IMG/VR virus record: IMGVR_UViG_3300003669_000091
Location: 1 to 62,004 of that record
Source of the DNA: a virus
Lineage: Duplodnaviria > Caudoviricetes
Reading direction: 5' to 3' (one strand)
Length of the DNA: 62,004 bases
Part shown: positions 1 through 9,812 of the stretch, piece by piece
Layout of the letters: each line of letters begins with the position of its first letter
How positions within the stretch are numbered: position 1 is the stretch's first letter
Translations under genes and position numbers: made by a program
The notes under the pieces: generated by a model
Databases searched by the model: none
What the model was told of the DNA's origin: nothing
Seen by the model: the letters and a program-made list of their open reading frames with translations, nothing else

Positions 1-113
1 TCAGTGGGGCTCTTCATCTTTTGCCACCATTTCGCGAGGCGCTATTGTAACCCAGAGGGAAGCGTATATTGCCCTTCCAAAATGCTCTTCCCCCTTCGTC
101 TTGAATTTGCACA

Positions 114-251
114 CTAGCGCCGTGGAATCCACCATGGAACCCATGCCAGAGACGCCCAATTCCACCAGCAACGGCATTGGGCTTCCCATAATCGAATGGC
201 AGGCGGATGGACCACATTCCTTTCCTCCAAGCTGACGATCTTTGCACTCAT
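114..251 (-). CDS. Small Trp-rich hypothetical protein (45 aa), below the ORF-track cutoff
   Basis: ATG at 251 preceded by AGGTGAAACC; reads MSAKIVSLEERNVVHPPAIRLWEAQCRCWWNWASLAWVPWWIPRR; follows the lysis genes. Confidence 0.4.
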   Translation of the reverse strand: MSAKIVSLEERNVVHPPAIRLWEAQCRCWWNWASLAWVPWWIPRR

Positions 252-266
252 GGTTTCACCTAGCAA

Positions 267-878
267 CTACTTCTTGGCCAGCGCCGCTCCCAACTGCTGA
301 ATCGATGCCGACAGCGCATCCCGGTTGTCGCCACTACCCTTTGACGATCCGAAGAAGAATCCGACGACCTGCTGAGCATTGGCCGCCAGGTAGCCGATGA
401 TCGTCCCGAGGAAGCCAAAGATGGCTGCAACGATGCCGACATCCTTAATCGTGATCCCGCCGGAGAGCAGCAGATAGGAGCCCCACATCGCCAACCCGAC
501 AGATGCGGCGAAGGCGATCAAGATCACGATACCCAGCATGAACACGGCCCGGTTCATCGCGAACTTGTTGCGCGCGTCCTGGCCATCCTGCAGGTAGGCT
601 TTGGCTTCATCGAGACCGAGTTTGGCCATTTCCTCGACATGCTGGAAACCAAGCGACTGCATGCGCAGCTTGAACTCATTGTCCTTGTCCTTCAGCGCTG
701 CAATTTGCTCCGGCGTGGCTCCGGCAACTGCATTCGCGATCGACTCGGCCTCGGGCGATACTTCGGCCCCCAGCACCTCGCCAACCTCTTTCGCAGCCAT
801 TCCAATCAGCAACGGAACATTGCCGGTCGCAGCGGCACCAATCCACGGGAGAGCCTTCTTCAACAATTCGAGCATCAC
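267..878 (-). CDS. Holin-like membrane protein
   Basis: Two C-terminal hydrophobic helices ending FFFGSSKGS; overlaps the endolysin stop. Confidence 0.65.
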   Translation of the reverse strand: MMLELLKKALPWIGAAATGNVPLLIGMAAKEVGEVLGAEVSPEAESIANAVAGATPEQIAALKDKDNEFKLRMQSLGFQHVEEMAKLGLDEAKAYLQDGQDARNKFAMNRAVFMLGIVILIAFAASVGLAMWGSYLLLSGGITIKDVGIVAAIFGFLGTIIGYLAANAQQVVGFFFGSSKGSGDNRDALSASIQQLGAALAKK

Positions 879-1423
879 ATCACCACCCTTTCTTTAATCC
901 AACCATAGACGTACTTTTCGTTGGCCTGGCGCGTCCGGCTCAGTTCGACGTAGCGAGCTCCCTGTAGGCAATTGAGGGCTCTCACCATGACGTTTTCACC
1001 TTCCGCGCCGCGCCATGCGAGATAGGAGCGCAATACAGCTAGCGTTTTCGGCCCGATCGATGAGTCTTCAACCAGGTCTGGGTACCGTGTCCCTTCCTGA
1101 TTGAAGGCATTGAGCACCATCTGCAAAAATTCAACGGCCTTGGGTTGCCCCATATTGACGCCCGTATCGAAGAGCTCGGCCGCGATGGCAGAAGACAGTT
1201 GAGCGACCTGGTCGAACTTCGGGCCGGTCCAGTAGCGCTTTCGGTAGATGTTCTTGGCAACGGAGAGCGGCATGTCTCTCATCGGTTCTGTGTAACCGCT
1301 ATCCCGGGCAACGCCTGCGGTGATTCCATAGATGGTTTCACCGCCCAGGTCATCCGGATCGTTCGAATACCCACCTTCGCGCCTGATTAGCGCATCGAGT
1401 TCCCGCTCGATATCGAAAGTCAT
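875..1423 (-). CDS. Endolysin, glycoside hydrolase family 108 with peptidoglycan-binding domain
   Basis: REGGYSNDPDDLGGETIYGIT (GH108 EGGY motif), ELFDTGVNMG, C-terminal YVYGWIKER; start taken at ATG 1423 (ATGA overlap). Confidence 0.92.
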   Translation of the reverse strand: MTFDIERELDALIRREGGYSNDPDDLGGETIYGITAGVARDSGYTEPMRDMPLSVAKNIYRKRYWTGPKFDQVAQLSSAIAAELFDTGVNMGQPKAVEFLQMVLNAFNQEGTRYPDLVEDSSIGPKTLAVLRSYLAWRGAEGENVMVRALNCLQGARYVELSRTRQANEKYVYGWIKERVVM

Positions 1424-1896
1424 TTCGTGCTTCCTCCGTTGCGATCTTCGAACTGCTTCCAGGCCTTGAGTGTTTCGATGTCCTTCTCGTGAGTCGCAAC
1501 GATGGCTTGGACATTGCGCATGGCATCCATATGTTGCGAGTAGAAATACATGAGAGTCCCTTGGGCGGCCATCAAGATCACGGCAAAAATAGACCACAGC
1601 CAACCGGCTAGGCGCCACATGCCGCGGCCCTGATTGATAAAAGCCTCTTCGCGATCAATATGCGTGTCGTATTCGGTCCGGTGATTTGAAAACTTTTCTG
1701 TGACCTCTCGCACCGCTCCTACGTTGTCGATCAAGATGTTCGAGATTTGATACAGAATCAGGAGCCTTGCCCGCTCGCGTGGATCAGCCTCATCCTTGAT
1801 GAGTTCTTCGATTTGTTTTTGCATTTCAGAGTCGGCGCGTCGCATGATAATTTGGTCGTCGAGATTGTTTATTTGACGGTCAGGTAATCCGTGCAA
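1420..1896 (-). CDS. Lysis-associated membrane protein (holin/antiholin-like); start uncertain
   Basis: Coiled N-terminus, one TM helix (LAGWLWSIFAVILMAAQGTLMYF), directly upstream of the endolysin. Confidence 0.5.
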   Translation of the reverse strand: MHGLPDRQINNLDDQIIMRRADSEMQKQIEELIKDEADPRERARLLILYQISNILIDNVGAVREVTEKFSNHRTEYDTHIDREEAFINQGRGMWRLAGWLWSIFAVILMAAQGTLMYFYSQHMDAMRNVQAIVATHEKDIETLKAWKQFEDRNGGSTK

Positions 1897-2479
1897 CGCA
1901 AAACGCCACGTACTCAGAATTGACCGTCTTTACCTCTTCGAATGTGCATTGAGGAATGAACGAGTATGCAAGGCGCACATATTCGACCTCGATCTCACTG
2001 GCCTTGGCTGCTGATGCTGCGTTTTCAGCTATCACGTAGTCAGCAAACTGGTCAGCCGTGATTCCCATACCAGAAGCCATTTTTGCCAGGTATGCTTCCG
2101 CCGTAGAGTTGTCGCGCATGATCGTCGTACCGCCAGCGCCGGCCTTTGTTGCGTGCGCTGCCTTGATATTCTCGTCGTAGGCTGCGCTGATACCGGCCGA
2201 CTTCGAAAACGAATCCAGAGCAACCTGGCGTTGCAACTTGATTTGTTCCAGAGCGGTTTTACGCAACCCATCGATGTCCTTGGGCGTATTCTCGTCGCCG
2301 TTCCAGTAATAGCGATCATCCGCAGTGGCTGGAGCGTATTCGACAGTGATGCCAAGTTCGGCCAGCAGATCGGAATTCGTCAGATTGTCGGCTGGATGGG
2401 TAATTGCTGCTTCTCCATCACCGATAGTAAAGCTGCCATCCGGATTGAATTTGAGCGGCTGACCATTGTGCTTGTACAT
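1880..2479 (-). CDS. Tail fibre assembly/chaperone-like protein
   Basis: Follows the distal fibre gene; HPA..L...ELGIT..DDRYYW pattern typical of fibre-associated proteins. Confidence 0.55.
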   Translation of the reverse strand: MYKHNGQPLKFNPDGSFTIGDGEAAITHPADNLTNSDLLAELGITVEYAPATADDRYYWNGDENTPKDIDGLRKTALEQIKLQRQVALDSFSKSAGISAAYDENIKAAHATKAGAGGTTIMRDNSTAEAYLAKMASGMGITADQFADYVIAENAASAAKASEIEVEYVRLAYSFIPQCTFEEVKTVNSEYVAFCVARIT

Positions 2480-2487
2480 GATTTTCC

Positions 2488-4749
2488 TTATCTTGCGTTG
2501 GCATAGCGGAACGGGAATGCGGCAATCGAGAGATAGACATACATCCCACCCAAATTGACCCGCGATGAGCTTGAGCGCAACTTGAAACCATTACCGAGAG
2601 CATCTATTTGCTCACTTGCTGCAACGCTTTCTGGCGCATTGGAATTGAAGAACAACCCTGAGTTCTGGACGTTTGCCTTTTCTCTAGCCGAGTCCCAATT
2701 TATCCAGTCATTCGTATAGCCAGAAATGACCTTTACGGCGTTGAAAGCGGGCGATTCCAAACAGTAATTCGACGGTCCGTCAGTCGAACTATTTCCGGCA
2801 TACTTTCCTAGCTTGGTGAATCCTTCGATTTCCTCAATCGCGATCCAACGATAGGTCCCCGTCGGGATCGAGGCAGCAACTGTGAATCCTGATGCGGTAA
2901 CGCTACCGATAGTTGGGTCTGTGGTTTCTGGGCTGGTGGAATTGAGATACAGCAGCTTTCCCGCGGTCAGTTCCGGGTGGTAGAAAAACCAGTTGCTTCC
3001 GGCTTCACTCACCAGAATGATCGCCTTTCTGATACTTCCAAGGCCATCGGAAACCGTGTCTGCCACACCGGTAGTATGAATTAGGCGTCCCGTTGCAACG
3101 CCGTTCAGAGCGGAAACCTTCAGCGAGTACCCGACATATGCCGTACCACCAAACGCGGGCACTGCAGCCTTGGCTGCCACAGCGCTACTATCCAAGTAAT
3201 ATCCGGGATCATCAGAGAAAATCCACCGCCATCCCTCGGCAGCATCGCGACGCTTGATGATGTCGATATATCCAGACCACCCTGCTCTAGCTGCCGCCAG
3301 TTTTGCGGCAATATTGGCCCCAGAATCGGCTACTGATACGAATGCTGAAGAGGACTTAGCGATTTTCGGTAGAGCGAGGTTCTTCGTGCAGAGCGTCTTG
3401 TAGCCTGACGGCAGATACGAGAGCGGACGTTGGCCGAAGTTGGCGTAGCAGGATGTGGCGCCCGGAGCATAGTAGTCACCACAGGCAAAGGCGTAACGCT
3501 TGAGCGACGACAGTGCCTGGGTGGCAACAAGCGTGCCGTTCTTGTACCACTGGACCTGGGGAATGGTCATGTCGACGGCGACGCCGATGATGTCGTTGGC
3601 AGCCATGGCTGGAAGGCTACCAATGACCGCCGAGGCATTGCCGGTATAGATCACGTTGCCGTACCAGCCGTAGCCGCCGCCGATGTTCTGGCTGGCGCCT
3701 GGTCCATTGTCGAGGTCGGCAACGCCGATGAAGCTGACGGTGTCCTGCGGGATGAATTCGGCGTACCACTTGCCGTAGGCCGGCAGCGGAATCGTGCATG
3801 GGGTGAAGTGGTAGGTAGCGCTCGAGGAAAACTTCAGGCCGCCGTCGGTGATGTTGCCTGGAGAGAAGCCGTTGGCGGCGAAGTTCGCATCAATTACAGG
3901 GAAGCAATTCGTCGGCGTGTCCGTCATGCTGTCATAGGTAACGCCTGGCGTCAGCGAAATATTCGTCGCTACCCAGTTGTTCCCCTTTACCGAAGAGTCT
4001 GCGCAAAGCGTGCTCAAGCTACTCGTGTTGTCAAACGGGAGGAAACAACTATTTACCCCCCCCGCATCGACTACCGATTTTAGTTGCACCTTCGGCTTCG
4101 GTCGCCATTGTCCTGTTCTTGGGTGAAACAGGCCAAACATAGCCGAGAAATCAGTTGATGACCAATTTGCGTTCGTCACTCCCGTCGGATAACCATCAAT
4201 AAACGCGTAATGAGCTATATTTCCATCAAAATGAAGACTTCCCGGAGCATATCGACCGATGACATGTGGTCTCAATGTGTTGAAACCAGTCATCACATAA
4301 TTGAGAGGAATAGTGTTTGCCTGTAGGGTCTGAAGCTGCCCATTGATGTAGATGCGAACGCGATTCGCAGCAATTGCTTGTGATGTATCAACGGCTATAA
4401 CCACATCCATGAATTCGCTGATATCCCGGAACATGGCTGTTTGTGCGACATACCCTGTATATCCATCGTTTAACGCGAAAACCAATGCGTCACCGATAAA
4501 TCCTATGCAATCGTCGGCAACACCACTCTGCTGTACCGATAGAATTTGGCTTGTTACGCCAAAAACGGTGCGCCTTATCCAGGCAGCGAAGACAATCGTT
4601 TTCCCATTTCCTGCAACACTCGGTGTGCGGCTTAGGAATGGTGTTGCGCCAGACCGGAAGCGCAATGAGCGATCAATCTTTCCGTATTCATCAAGTGGAT
4701 CACCGGCCAGCGCCAGCAACAACGGATTGACGTTCCCAGGAACAAGCAT
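2488..4749 (-). CDS. Distal tail fibre / receptor-binding protein with LamG-like and SPRY-like beta-sandwich domains
   Basis: IDRSLRF start, LamG-like segment (RVRIYING..IGRY..FDGNIA), SPRY-like GKWYAEF...DIIGVAVD...NFGQRP, C-terminal YVYLSIA. Confidence 0.75.
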   Translation of the reverse strand: MLVPGNVNPLLLALAGDPLDEYGKIDRSLRFRSGATPFLSRTPSVAGNGKTIVFAAWIRRTVFGVTSQILSVQQSGVADDCIGFIGDALVFALNDGYTGYVAQTAMFRDISEFMDVVIAVDTSQAIAANRVRIYINGQLQTLQANTIPLNYVMTGFNTLRPHVIGRYAPGSLHFDGNIAHYAFIDGYPTGVTNANWSSTDFSAMFGLFHPRTGQWRPKPKVQLKSVVDAGGVNSCFLPFDNTSSLSTLCADSSVKGNNWVATNISLTPGVTYDSMTDTPTNCFPVIDANFAANGFSPGNITDGGLKFSSSATYHFTPCTIPLPAYGKWYAEFIPQDTVSFIGVADLDNGPGASQNIGGGYGWYGNVIYTGNASAVIGSLPAMAANDIIGVAVDMTIPQVQWYKNGTLVATQALSSLKRYAFACGDYYAPGATSCYANFGQRPLSYLPSGYKTLCTKNLALPKIAKSSSAFVSVADSGANIAAKLAAARAGWSGYIDIIKRRDAAEGWRWIFSDDPGYYLDSSAVAAKAAVPAFGGTAYVGYSLKVSALNGVATGRLIHTTGVADTVSDGLGSIRKAIILVSEAGSNWFFYHPELTAGKLLYLNSTSPETTDPTIGSVTASGFTVAASIPTGTYRWIAIEEIEGFTKLGKYAGNSSTDGPSNYCLESPAFNAVKVISGYTNDWINWDSAREKANVQNSGLFFNSNAPESVAASEQIDALGNGFKLRSSSSRVNLGGMYVYLSIAAFPFRYANAR

Positions 4750-5615
4750 CAGGAACCTCCGATGCGGGCGCAGATGATGCGCGTTGCGCTTTCGACGAAA
4801 TAGATCAGAAGGTCACGGGCGCCAGCCAGCGGCGTCAGCGCATCAAGAGCAACGCCATTTGCCGGGAACCAATACGATCCGTAGGCAATGGTGCGCGGCG
4901 TTACATCATTGGTCATGCGGATTGCTCCCGCTTGGCCTACCGGCATAGAGCTCGGATTGGCCATCACGATATTTCCAGTCAGCGTCCCGCCCCAGTTGTT
5001 GGCTTGAGACAGATCGAGCGTGATGGTTCCTGCAGTGGCAGGAAGCGGAGTTTCTGCGCCGCGCTGACCTTTGGTGAATACTTGTGGCAGGCCAAGGGAG
5101 GCAACGGTAATGCCCAAATCTGTCGATAGCAGGGCGCCATCCAGATTGGTCTGAATGATTTGCCATGCCGAGCCGACAGTGGCTTGGTTTCCCGATGCGG
5201 TACCGTCGACGATGCAGGTAATGATGTCACCGACCTCAACGTTCTTGCCGGCGCCGCCACCAATCTTGCCGGCAACGCTCGCGCGGAACGTGTGCCCACA
5301 GTCTGCCGCCGGATAGTTTGGATTACCCGAACAGTCAATGGCGCCCTTATAGACCATCGCATCATTCGCCGCCATCATGGTATTGATGTACGCCTTTACC
5401 GCCTTCTGCGTAGCCACGCGCAGATCACTATTGGCGGCCAGCGTGCTATCGGTATCGGCGACAAGGGATGCAGCAGTTCCGAGCCCAACGTATAGTCCCA
5501 ACAGATAGGCAAAGTTCTCGTCGATTTCGGTATAGCGGGTATTCCACAATGACGGTATTGCCGCCGGCTTCGGGGAGACTGGTATTTGCGTGATATTCAC
5601 GTGAGGAAGCGACAT
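4749..5615 (-). CDS. Proximal tail fibre protein
   Basis: LAANSDLRVATQKAVKAY and YKGAIDCS..GDII fibre motifs; lies between baseplate and distal fibre genes. Confidence 0.7.
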   Translation of the reverse strand: MSLPHVNITQIPVSPKPAAIPSLWNTRYTEIDENFAYLLGLYVGLGTAASLVADTDSTLAANSDLRVATQKAVKAYINTMMAANDAMVYKGAIDCSGNPNYPAADCGHTFRASVAGKIGGGAGKNVEVGDIITCIVDGTASGNQATVGSAWQIIQTNLDGALLSTDLGITVASLGLPQVFTKGQRGAETPLPATAGTITLDLSQANNWGGTLTGNIVMANPSSMPVGQAGAIRMTNDVTPRTIAYGSYWFPANGVALDALTPLAGARDLLIYFVESATRIICARIGGS

Positions 5616-5618
5616 CGC

Positions 5619-6404
5619 TTAGCTCCTATTGGTCCATTCAGTAATATTGGTGAGTACCTTATCGCCGAGGCTCCCTGCGGTATCGCCCAGATACCAGCGG
5701 TCGATATCGTCCGGCTCACTCAGCACGCGATCACGCCAGAATCGGAAAGACAGCACAAAGCGAAGGCCGATGACGCTGCTCAGCAGCCCGGCTATCTTGT
5801 CGATGCTCTCCGGCGATACGCTTTCGCCAAGGGTCACCTCGACGCGACTGGTGAGGTACAGCAAGTGCATGCTGATCTCGTCAGGGCTCATCGATTCGTC
5901 GGCGTGGTAGTAGTTCGTATCCAGGTTCCAGCTTCCATCAAGGAAGCAATCCTCTTCTCCCAATCGCCACACGTGCATTGAGTAGCCAGGAGTCAGACGG
6001 TGCAACCATTGCGGATAGTCTTTTCCGGGTTCATTCTCATGAACCATCTGCACGACATCACAATCGTTCGGGAACAGTAGCTGGAGATAGGTACGCAGGA
6101 AGTGAAGCCCCCTGCCCTGTGCGTTCCCGGATTTCCATGCACGGTACAGGTAGCGCATGGCGGCCTCTTCGCGATCACCCTGCAGCAGTACGAGACCATC
6201 GGAATTGACAGCTTGGCGAACCAGGTCGATAGAACCCAGGTGCGATGCGCCAAGGACATTGGCGTCGAATGTATCGCTCGCCAGATAGGTGATGAAGAGG
6301 TCGATGAAAAGCCGCTTCAGATCGGCTTCGATATCGTCGGCGGCAAAGCTTGCCTCGAGCGGCGCCATGTTCGGCAGTTTGGCATTGGCGAAATCGAGTC
6401 CCAT
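5619..6404 (-). CDS. Baseplate wedge protein (gpI-like)
   Basis: RGLHFLRTYLQLL and LDGSWNLD motifs; follows the J-like gene. Confidence 0.6.
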   Translation of the reverse strand: MGLDFANAKLPNMAPLEASFAADDIEADLKRLFIDLFITYLASDTFDANVLGASHLGSIDLVRQAVNSDGLVLLQGDREEAAMRYLYRAWKSGNAQGRGLHFLRTYLQLLFPNDCDVVQMVHENEPGKDYPQWLHRLTPGYSMHVWRLGEEDCFLDGSWNLDTNYYHADESMSPDEISMHLLYLTSRVEVTLGESVSPESIDKIAGLLSSVIGLRFVLSFRFWRDRVLSEPDDIDRWYLGDTAGSLGDKVLTNITEWTNRS

Positions 6405-7903
6405 CACCCGCCCCAGGCCTGTGCGACGACATTGACCGTAGTCACCGTCACGGTCAGGCTATCCGATGCCACATAGCGCCATAGTTCCGGTCGACTGGCC
6501 ATGGATGGCTCTTCAGCAATCGAGAGAATCCAGTCGGACTTGTTGTCTCCTAGCGCCGGAACACGGCTTTTCAGGAGCGCATACACTTTCTGGTAGAGCG
6601 GTTTATTCCGGCCGCGCCGAGATGCTGCTGCAACCTCGCCGAATGTCTCGAGAATGACATCGATGATCTTCTGGCGAACATCCGATGCGAGATAGGACGT
6701 GGCCACCTTTGCGCTGATCGTCATCGCAATCTTTGAGCGTACCGGCGTATAGAAGCGAACGTGGTAGCTATCGTCGGCCGCCAGAATCGTGTTTCTAATC
6801 GCAATTTGCGTGGCAGTCAGGCTACCGTCGTCAATTTCCTGCGGCGGCACCGGTGTCAGCGGGTTTGGCTCGGTCAGGACGCTCTCATCGCTTACAGCGG
6901 ACAGGCATGCAACGAACAGTGCATTGATGTTGGAGACAGATGGCCCCCGTACGGCTTCCTCAACCGATTCTCCCCAGACAGAAAGGAATTTCAAGCTGGG
7001 GAAAGATTGACGAACAAGGTAGTCGAATTCACCGTTGAAGACGGCGCTCTTGTCATAGACCGACGGATAGCGCGACAGCATGCGCAACGTAGCCATATCG
7101 ATTGGGTTTTGGCCGGCAAGCAATAGTTCATCCATTGCAAACTCGACCATGGCGTCCTGAGGACTTTGGATGTATTCGAACGACAGAGGGCTTCCGGCCG
7201 CCGGCGATACAGCCCCCGCCGTACGAGTAATGGTCAGCGTGATTTCATGACCATCGCGAGGCTGTGTGCCGACGACACCATCGAACCCAAAGCGGACATA
7301 CACGCGCCGCCGATCATCTGCTTCGACATGAAAGATTCGCTCTTCCGGCCATGAATTCACATAGCGATTGCGGAATTCATAGTCGCCATCATCATCGGAT
7401 ACCGCGATTCCAGCCAGGAACGAACCATCGTCCGATTCTGGTATCTCTATCGCGTAGAACGGGACGCTTCCGGATACGATGTGCGTGATGACTTCGACAG
7501 TCTGCTGAACGGCTTCAACTATCGCAGTACCCCCGTCAGCAGCTACAGCAGCTGCAGTTTCAATCCGCCATGAACGGCCGTTGGAATCGAGTAGCATTCT
7601 CCCGATTTCGACGGTAAATGGATCATCGTTTTTGTTGGTCACTCGCATGCTGATGCGCGCACGGGTTCCCTTCGGGACGATTCCGCGCATTGCAGCGTCG
7701 GCCAGTACCGTCGAGTCGCGTACCTTCTCAAACACCTCAGCGCGCGATGATTCAATTTGAGCCGAGAACATCGATAGCATGGTCGCTTGCGCACCGATCT
7801 GCTGGAGAATTCGCGGGTCTCCGGCACGATACAGCGGAGCGATGGTCGGATAGTCATCGATATTGGCTGCAACTGCGGCGATGAGATCGGCTTTTGTCAG
7901 CAT
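6404..7903 (-). CDS. Baseplate wedge protein, gpJ-like (P1 BplA-like)
   Basis: VYVRFGFDGVVG..P, STVLADAAMRG, GQNPIDMATLR..Y motifs; 499 aa. Confidence 0.75.
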   Translation of the reverse strand: MLTKADLIAAVAANIDDYPTIAPLYRAGDPRILQQIGAQATMLSMFSAQIESSRAEVFEKVRDSTVLADAAMRGIVPKGTRARISMRVTNKNDDPFTVEIGRMLLDSNGRSWRIETAAAVAADGGTAIVEAVQQTVEVITHIVSGSVPFYAIEIPESDDGSFLAGIAVSDDDGDYEFRNRYVNSWPEERIFHVEADDRRRVYVRFGFDGVVGTQPRDGHEITLTITRTAGAVSPAAGSPLSFEYIQSPQDAMVEFAMDELLLAGQNPIDMATLRMLSRYPSVYDKSAVFNGEFDYLVRQSFPSLKFLSVWGESVEEAVRGPSVSNINALFVACLSAVSDESVLTEPNPLTPVPPQEIDDGSLTATQIAIRNTILAADDSYHVRFYTPVRSKIAMTISAKVATSYLASDVRQKIIDVILETFGEVAAASRRGRNKPLYQKVYALLKSRVPALGDNKSDWILSIAEEPSMASRPELWRYVASDSLTVTVTTVNVVAQAWGG

Positions 7904-7905
7904 GG

Positions 7906-8190
7906 CTACCCTACCTGAAAGGCCTGCCCAGCGACTTCGAGGACGATATTCAGCTTATCCACGCCAGATGCCATGCCGTAGAGGTTGGTTGCTGCGGGAG
8001 GAAGAGCGTCAATTACTTCGACATCGTCGCGCAACTTTCCGATGAACTGGTCAGCCAGGTCGGCAGATAGCGGGTTTTGAAGCATCGCCTTGGCGTCCTG
8101 GCCGTACGATGATCCCAAATATCCCTCCACCGGCGTCTTGAGCCAGTGGCCGATCATGTCCTGTACATCGTGTCCGGTGATTTCTGCCAT
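7906..8190 (-). CDS. Baseplate gp25/gpW-like protein; predicted leaderless
   Basis: HWLKTPVEGYLGSSYG motif; ATG 8190 lies 6 nt after the -10 of the late-promoter motif. Confidence 0.65.
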   Translation of the reverse strand: MAEITGHDVQDMIGHWLKTPVEGYLGSSYGQDAKAMLQNPLSADLADQFIGKLRDDVEVIDALPPAATNLYGMASGVDKLNIVLEVAGQAFQVG

Positions 8191-8196
8191 GCCGCC

Positions 8197-8237
8197 ATTT
8201 TCACGGGCGGCCCATTGCCACCCAGGCGGTGTTTTCC
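8197..8237 (-). promoter_or_regulatory. Predicted late promoter 1 (GGAAAAC-N28-GAAAAT)
   Basis: GTTTTCC at 8231-8237 on +; -10-like hexamer at 8202-8197; same spacing as six other intergenic sites. Confidence 0.75.
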
Positions 8238-8240
8238 GTT

Positions 8241-9041
8241 CTACCGAGAGGCTACATTCCATCCTTTCCAATCGTCGCGATCGAGAGCGGCGATGGAACA
8301 CAGCATCATCGGCACGAGCATCGATACGTGCTTTCCTTGAGAATCAACCGGAGACGAAATTGGTTGGCCGATGCTCTCGATGACCAGCGGCGCATAGGTT
8401 TTCCCTTTGTAGCGCATTGCGATCATCGTCGGCGCTTTCGATGGCAACAGGACATCCAGTGACGATAGATTCCCTCTTCCTGCTTCGATACCACGCGAGA
8501 TAATTGTTCCGTCAGGCGATAGAACTTCCGGCAACGACCAATTCACAAGCTGATCAATGGGCGCCTCCACCTCCTTAGCTGGATTGATCCAGGCGCGAAA
8601 CAAGGCGACTATCGGAATTTTAGCGGGCGCCATTCCGGTAAATACCTGCGTCGAATTCAGCTTCGTGATACCCGTTCTTCCCTCGAATTGATTCATGAAT
8701 TCGCTGGATTTTTTTGACAACTCGGAAGCATTTGCCTGACCATTTTTCCCATTCTTTTGGCCGTCTCCGAAAACAGCATCGAGCAATGGCTGAAATGCTC
8801 CAGACTGGAGCATGGCCAACAGCGCCGGAGCTTTCGACTCCGCTCCAGAGTTTTCAAACGGGCTGTTCCAGGAAAGCGCCATTTCAAAGTTGGCTTCAGT
8901 CAGCGGAGCCCACACCTCGATATTGCCGATCGACTTTCCCTTCCGATCTACCTCGTAGAATTTGGCGATCAGGTGGTCGTTGAGATCATCCCAATTTGAC
9001 TTCAGGATTGTCTTTACGGCGCTCGGCGGTGTTGCTGGCAT
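8241..9041 (-). CDS. Virion morphogenesis protein (tube-initiator/baseplate-like)
   Basis: 266 aa, beta-rich C-terminus (YKGKTYAPLVIESIG); position in the tail cluster. Confidence 0.5.
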   Translation of the reverse strand: MPATPPSAVKTILKSNWDDLNDHLIAKFYEVDRKGKSIGNIEVWAPLTEANFEMALSWNSPFENSGAESKAPALLAMLQSGAFQPLLDAVFGDGQKNGKNGQANASELSKKSSEFMNQFEGRTGITKLNSTQVFTGMAPAKIPIVALFRAWINPAKEVEAPIDQLVNWSLPEVLSPDGTIISRGIEAGRGNLSSLDVLLPSKAPTMIAMRYKGKTYAPLVIESIGQPISSPVDSQGKHVSMLVPMMLCSIAALDRDDWKGWNVASR

Positions 9042-9052
9042 GGCAATTCCTC

Positions 9053-9077
9053 AAAAAAACGGGCACCGAAGTGCCCG
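9053..9077 (-). terminator. Intrinsic terminator after the capsid-sheath operon
   Basis: Minus strand CGGGCAC-TTCG-GTGCCCG followed by T7. Confidence 0.85.
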
Positions 9078-9108
9078 AAAACCCGATCAACACAGGTGGA
9101 GACAACCG

Positions 9109-9798
9109 TTACTTGCCAAGGCCGAAGCGGCGGCGAATCTTGTTCGACTTCATGCGGCGGATCATGGCGCCTGCCGAATGAGACTTCATGCCAGCTTTGC
9201 GGATGGCGACCTTTTGTTTCGCAGAAAGACGAACCGTTCCGGAAATGCGCTTCTTGATGCGAACCTTCTTGCCCTTGCGGATCGCCATCACGTTCTTGTA
9301 AGCAGCATCGAACACCGCGCCTTGCTCATCATCGCCGAACACGAAGGCATCGATTTCCTCGGCAGCGGCCTCGTCGCCTTCCGGCAAGGCCGTGCAAACC
9401 AGATCCTTGACGCGATCGGCTGCAGCCGGTTCCCAGTCGTTCAGCAGGGCGCCGGCATCCTCGTCGGAGACGCCCTTGGCGACCAGATATTCCCAGGCGG
9501 CGTTCAAGGCCACTTCCAGCACGCTTTGCTCGTCTTCGGTGATTTCGCCGTCGTGGTTCTCGTCGGCTACACCGACCAGCATGGCCATCAGTCGATCAGC
9601 CGAGGTTTCACCCTCGTCCAGGTCGTCTGTTTCGCACCATTGCTGGACTGCGGCAACGGCCTTCATTGCGATATGGTATTCGGCGTAGGCATCGGCACCG
9701 GTGACGACGATTTCCGGGTCGGCATTGTCCAGCGCCGGATTGCGCTTGGTCGCTACGGCAGCAAATGCCTGGCGCATCAGTTGTTGGGTAGATTGCAT
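9109..9798 (-). CDS. Virion protein with acidic body and very basic C-terminus
   Basis: Start at ATG 9798 after AAGGA; EF-hand-like DENHDGEITEDE; K/R-rich tail. Confidence 0.6.
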   Translation of the reverse strand: MQSTQQLMRQAFAAVATKRNPALDNADPEIVVTGADAYAEYHIAMKAVAAVQQWCETDDLDEGETSADRLMAMLVGVADENHDGEITEDEQSVLEVALNAAWEYLVAKGVSDEDAGALLNDWEPAAADRVKDLVCTALPEGDEAAAEEIDAFVFGDDEQGAVFDAAYKNVMAIRKGKKVRIKKRISGTVRLSAKQKVAIRKAGMKSHSAGAMIRRMKSNKIRRRFGLGK

Positions 9799-9812
9799 GA
9801 TCTTGAGTTCCT

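Noticed and set aside
1880-5615. Tail-fibre inversion system or diversity-generating retroelement
   Set aside because: No invertase, inverted fibre copy, reverse transcriptase or template/variable repeat pair was seen by eye.
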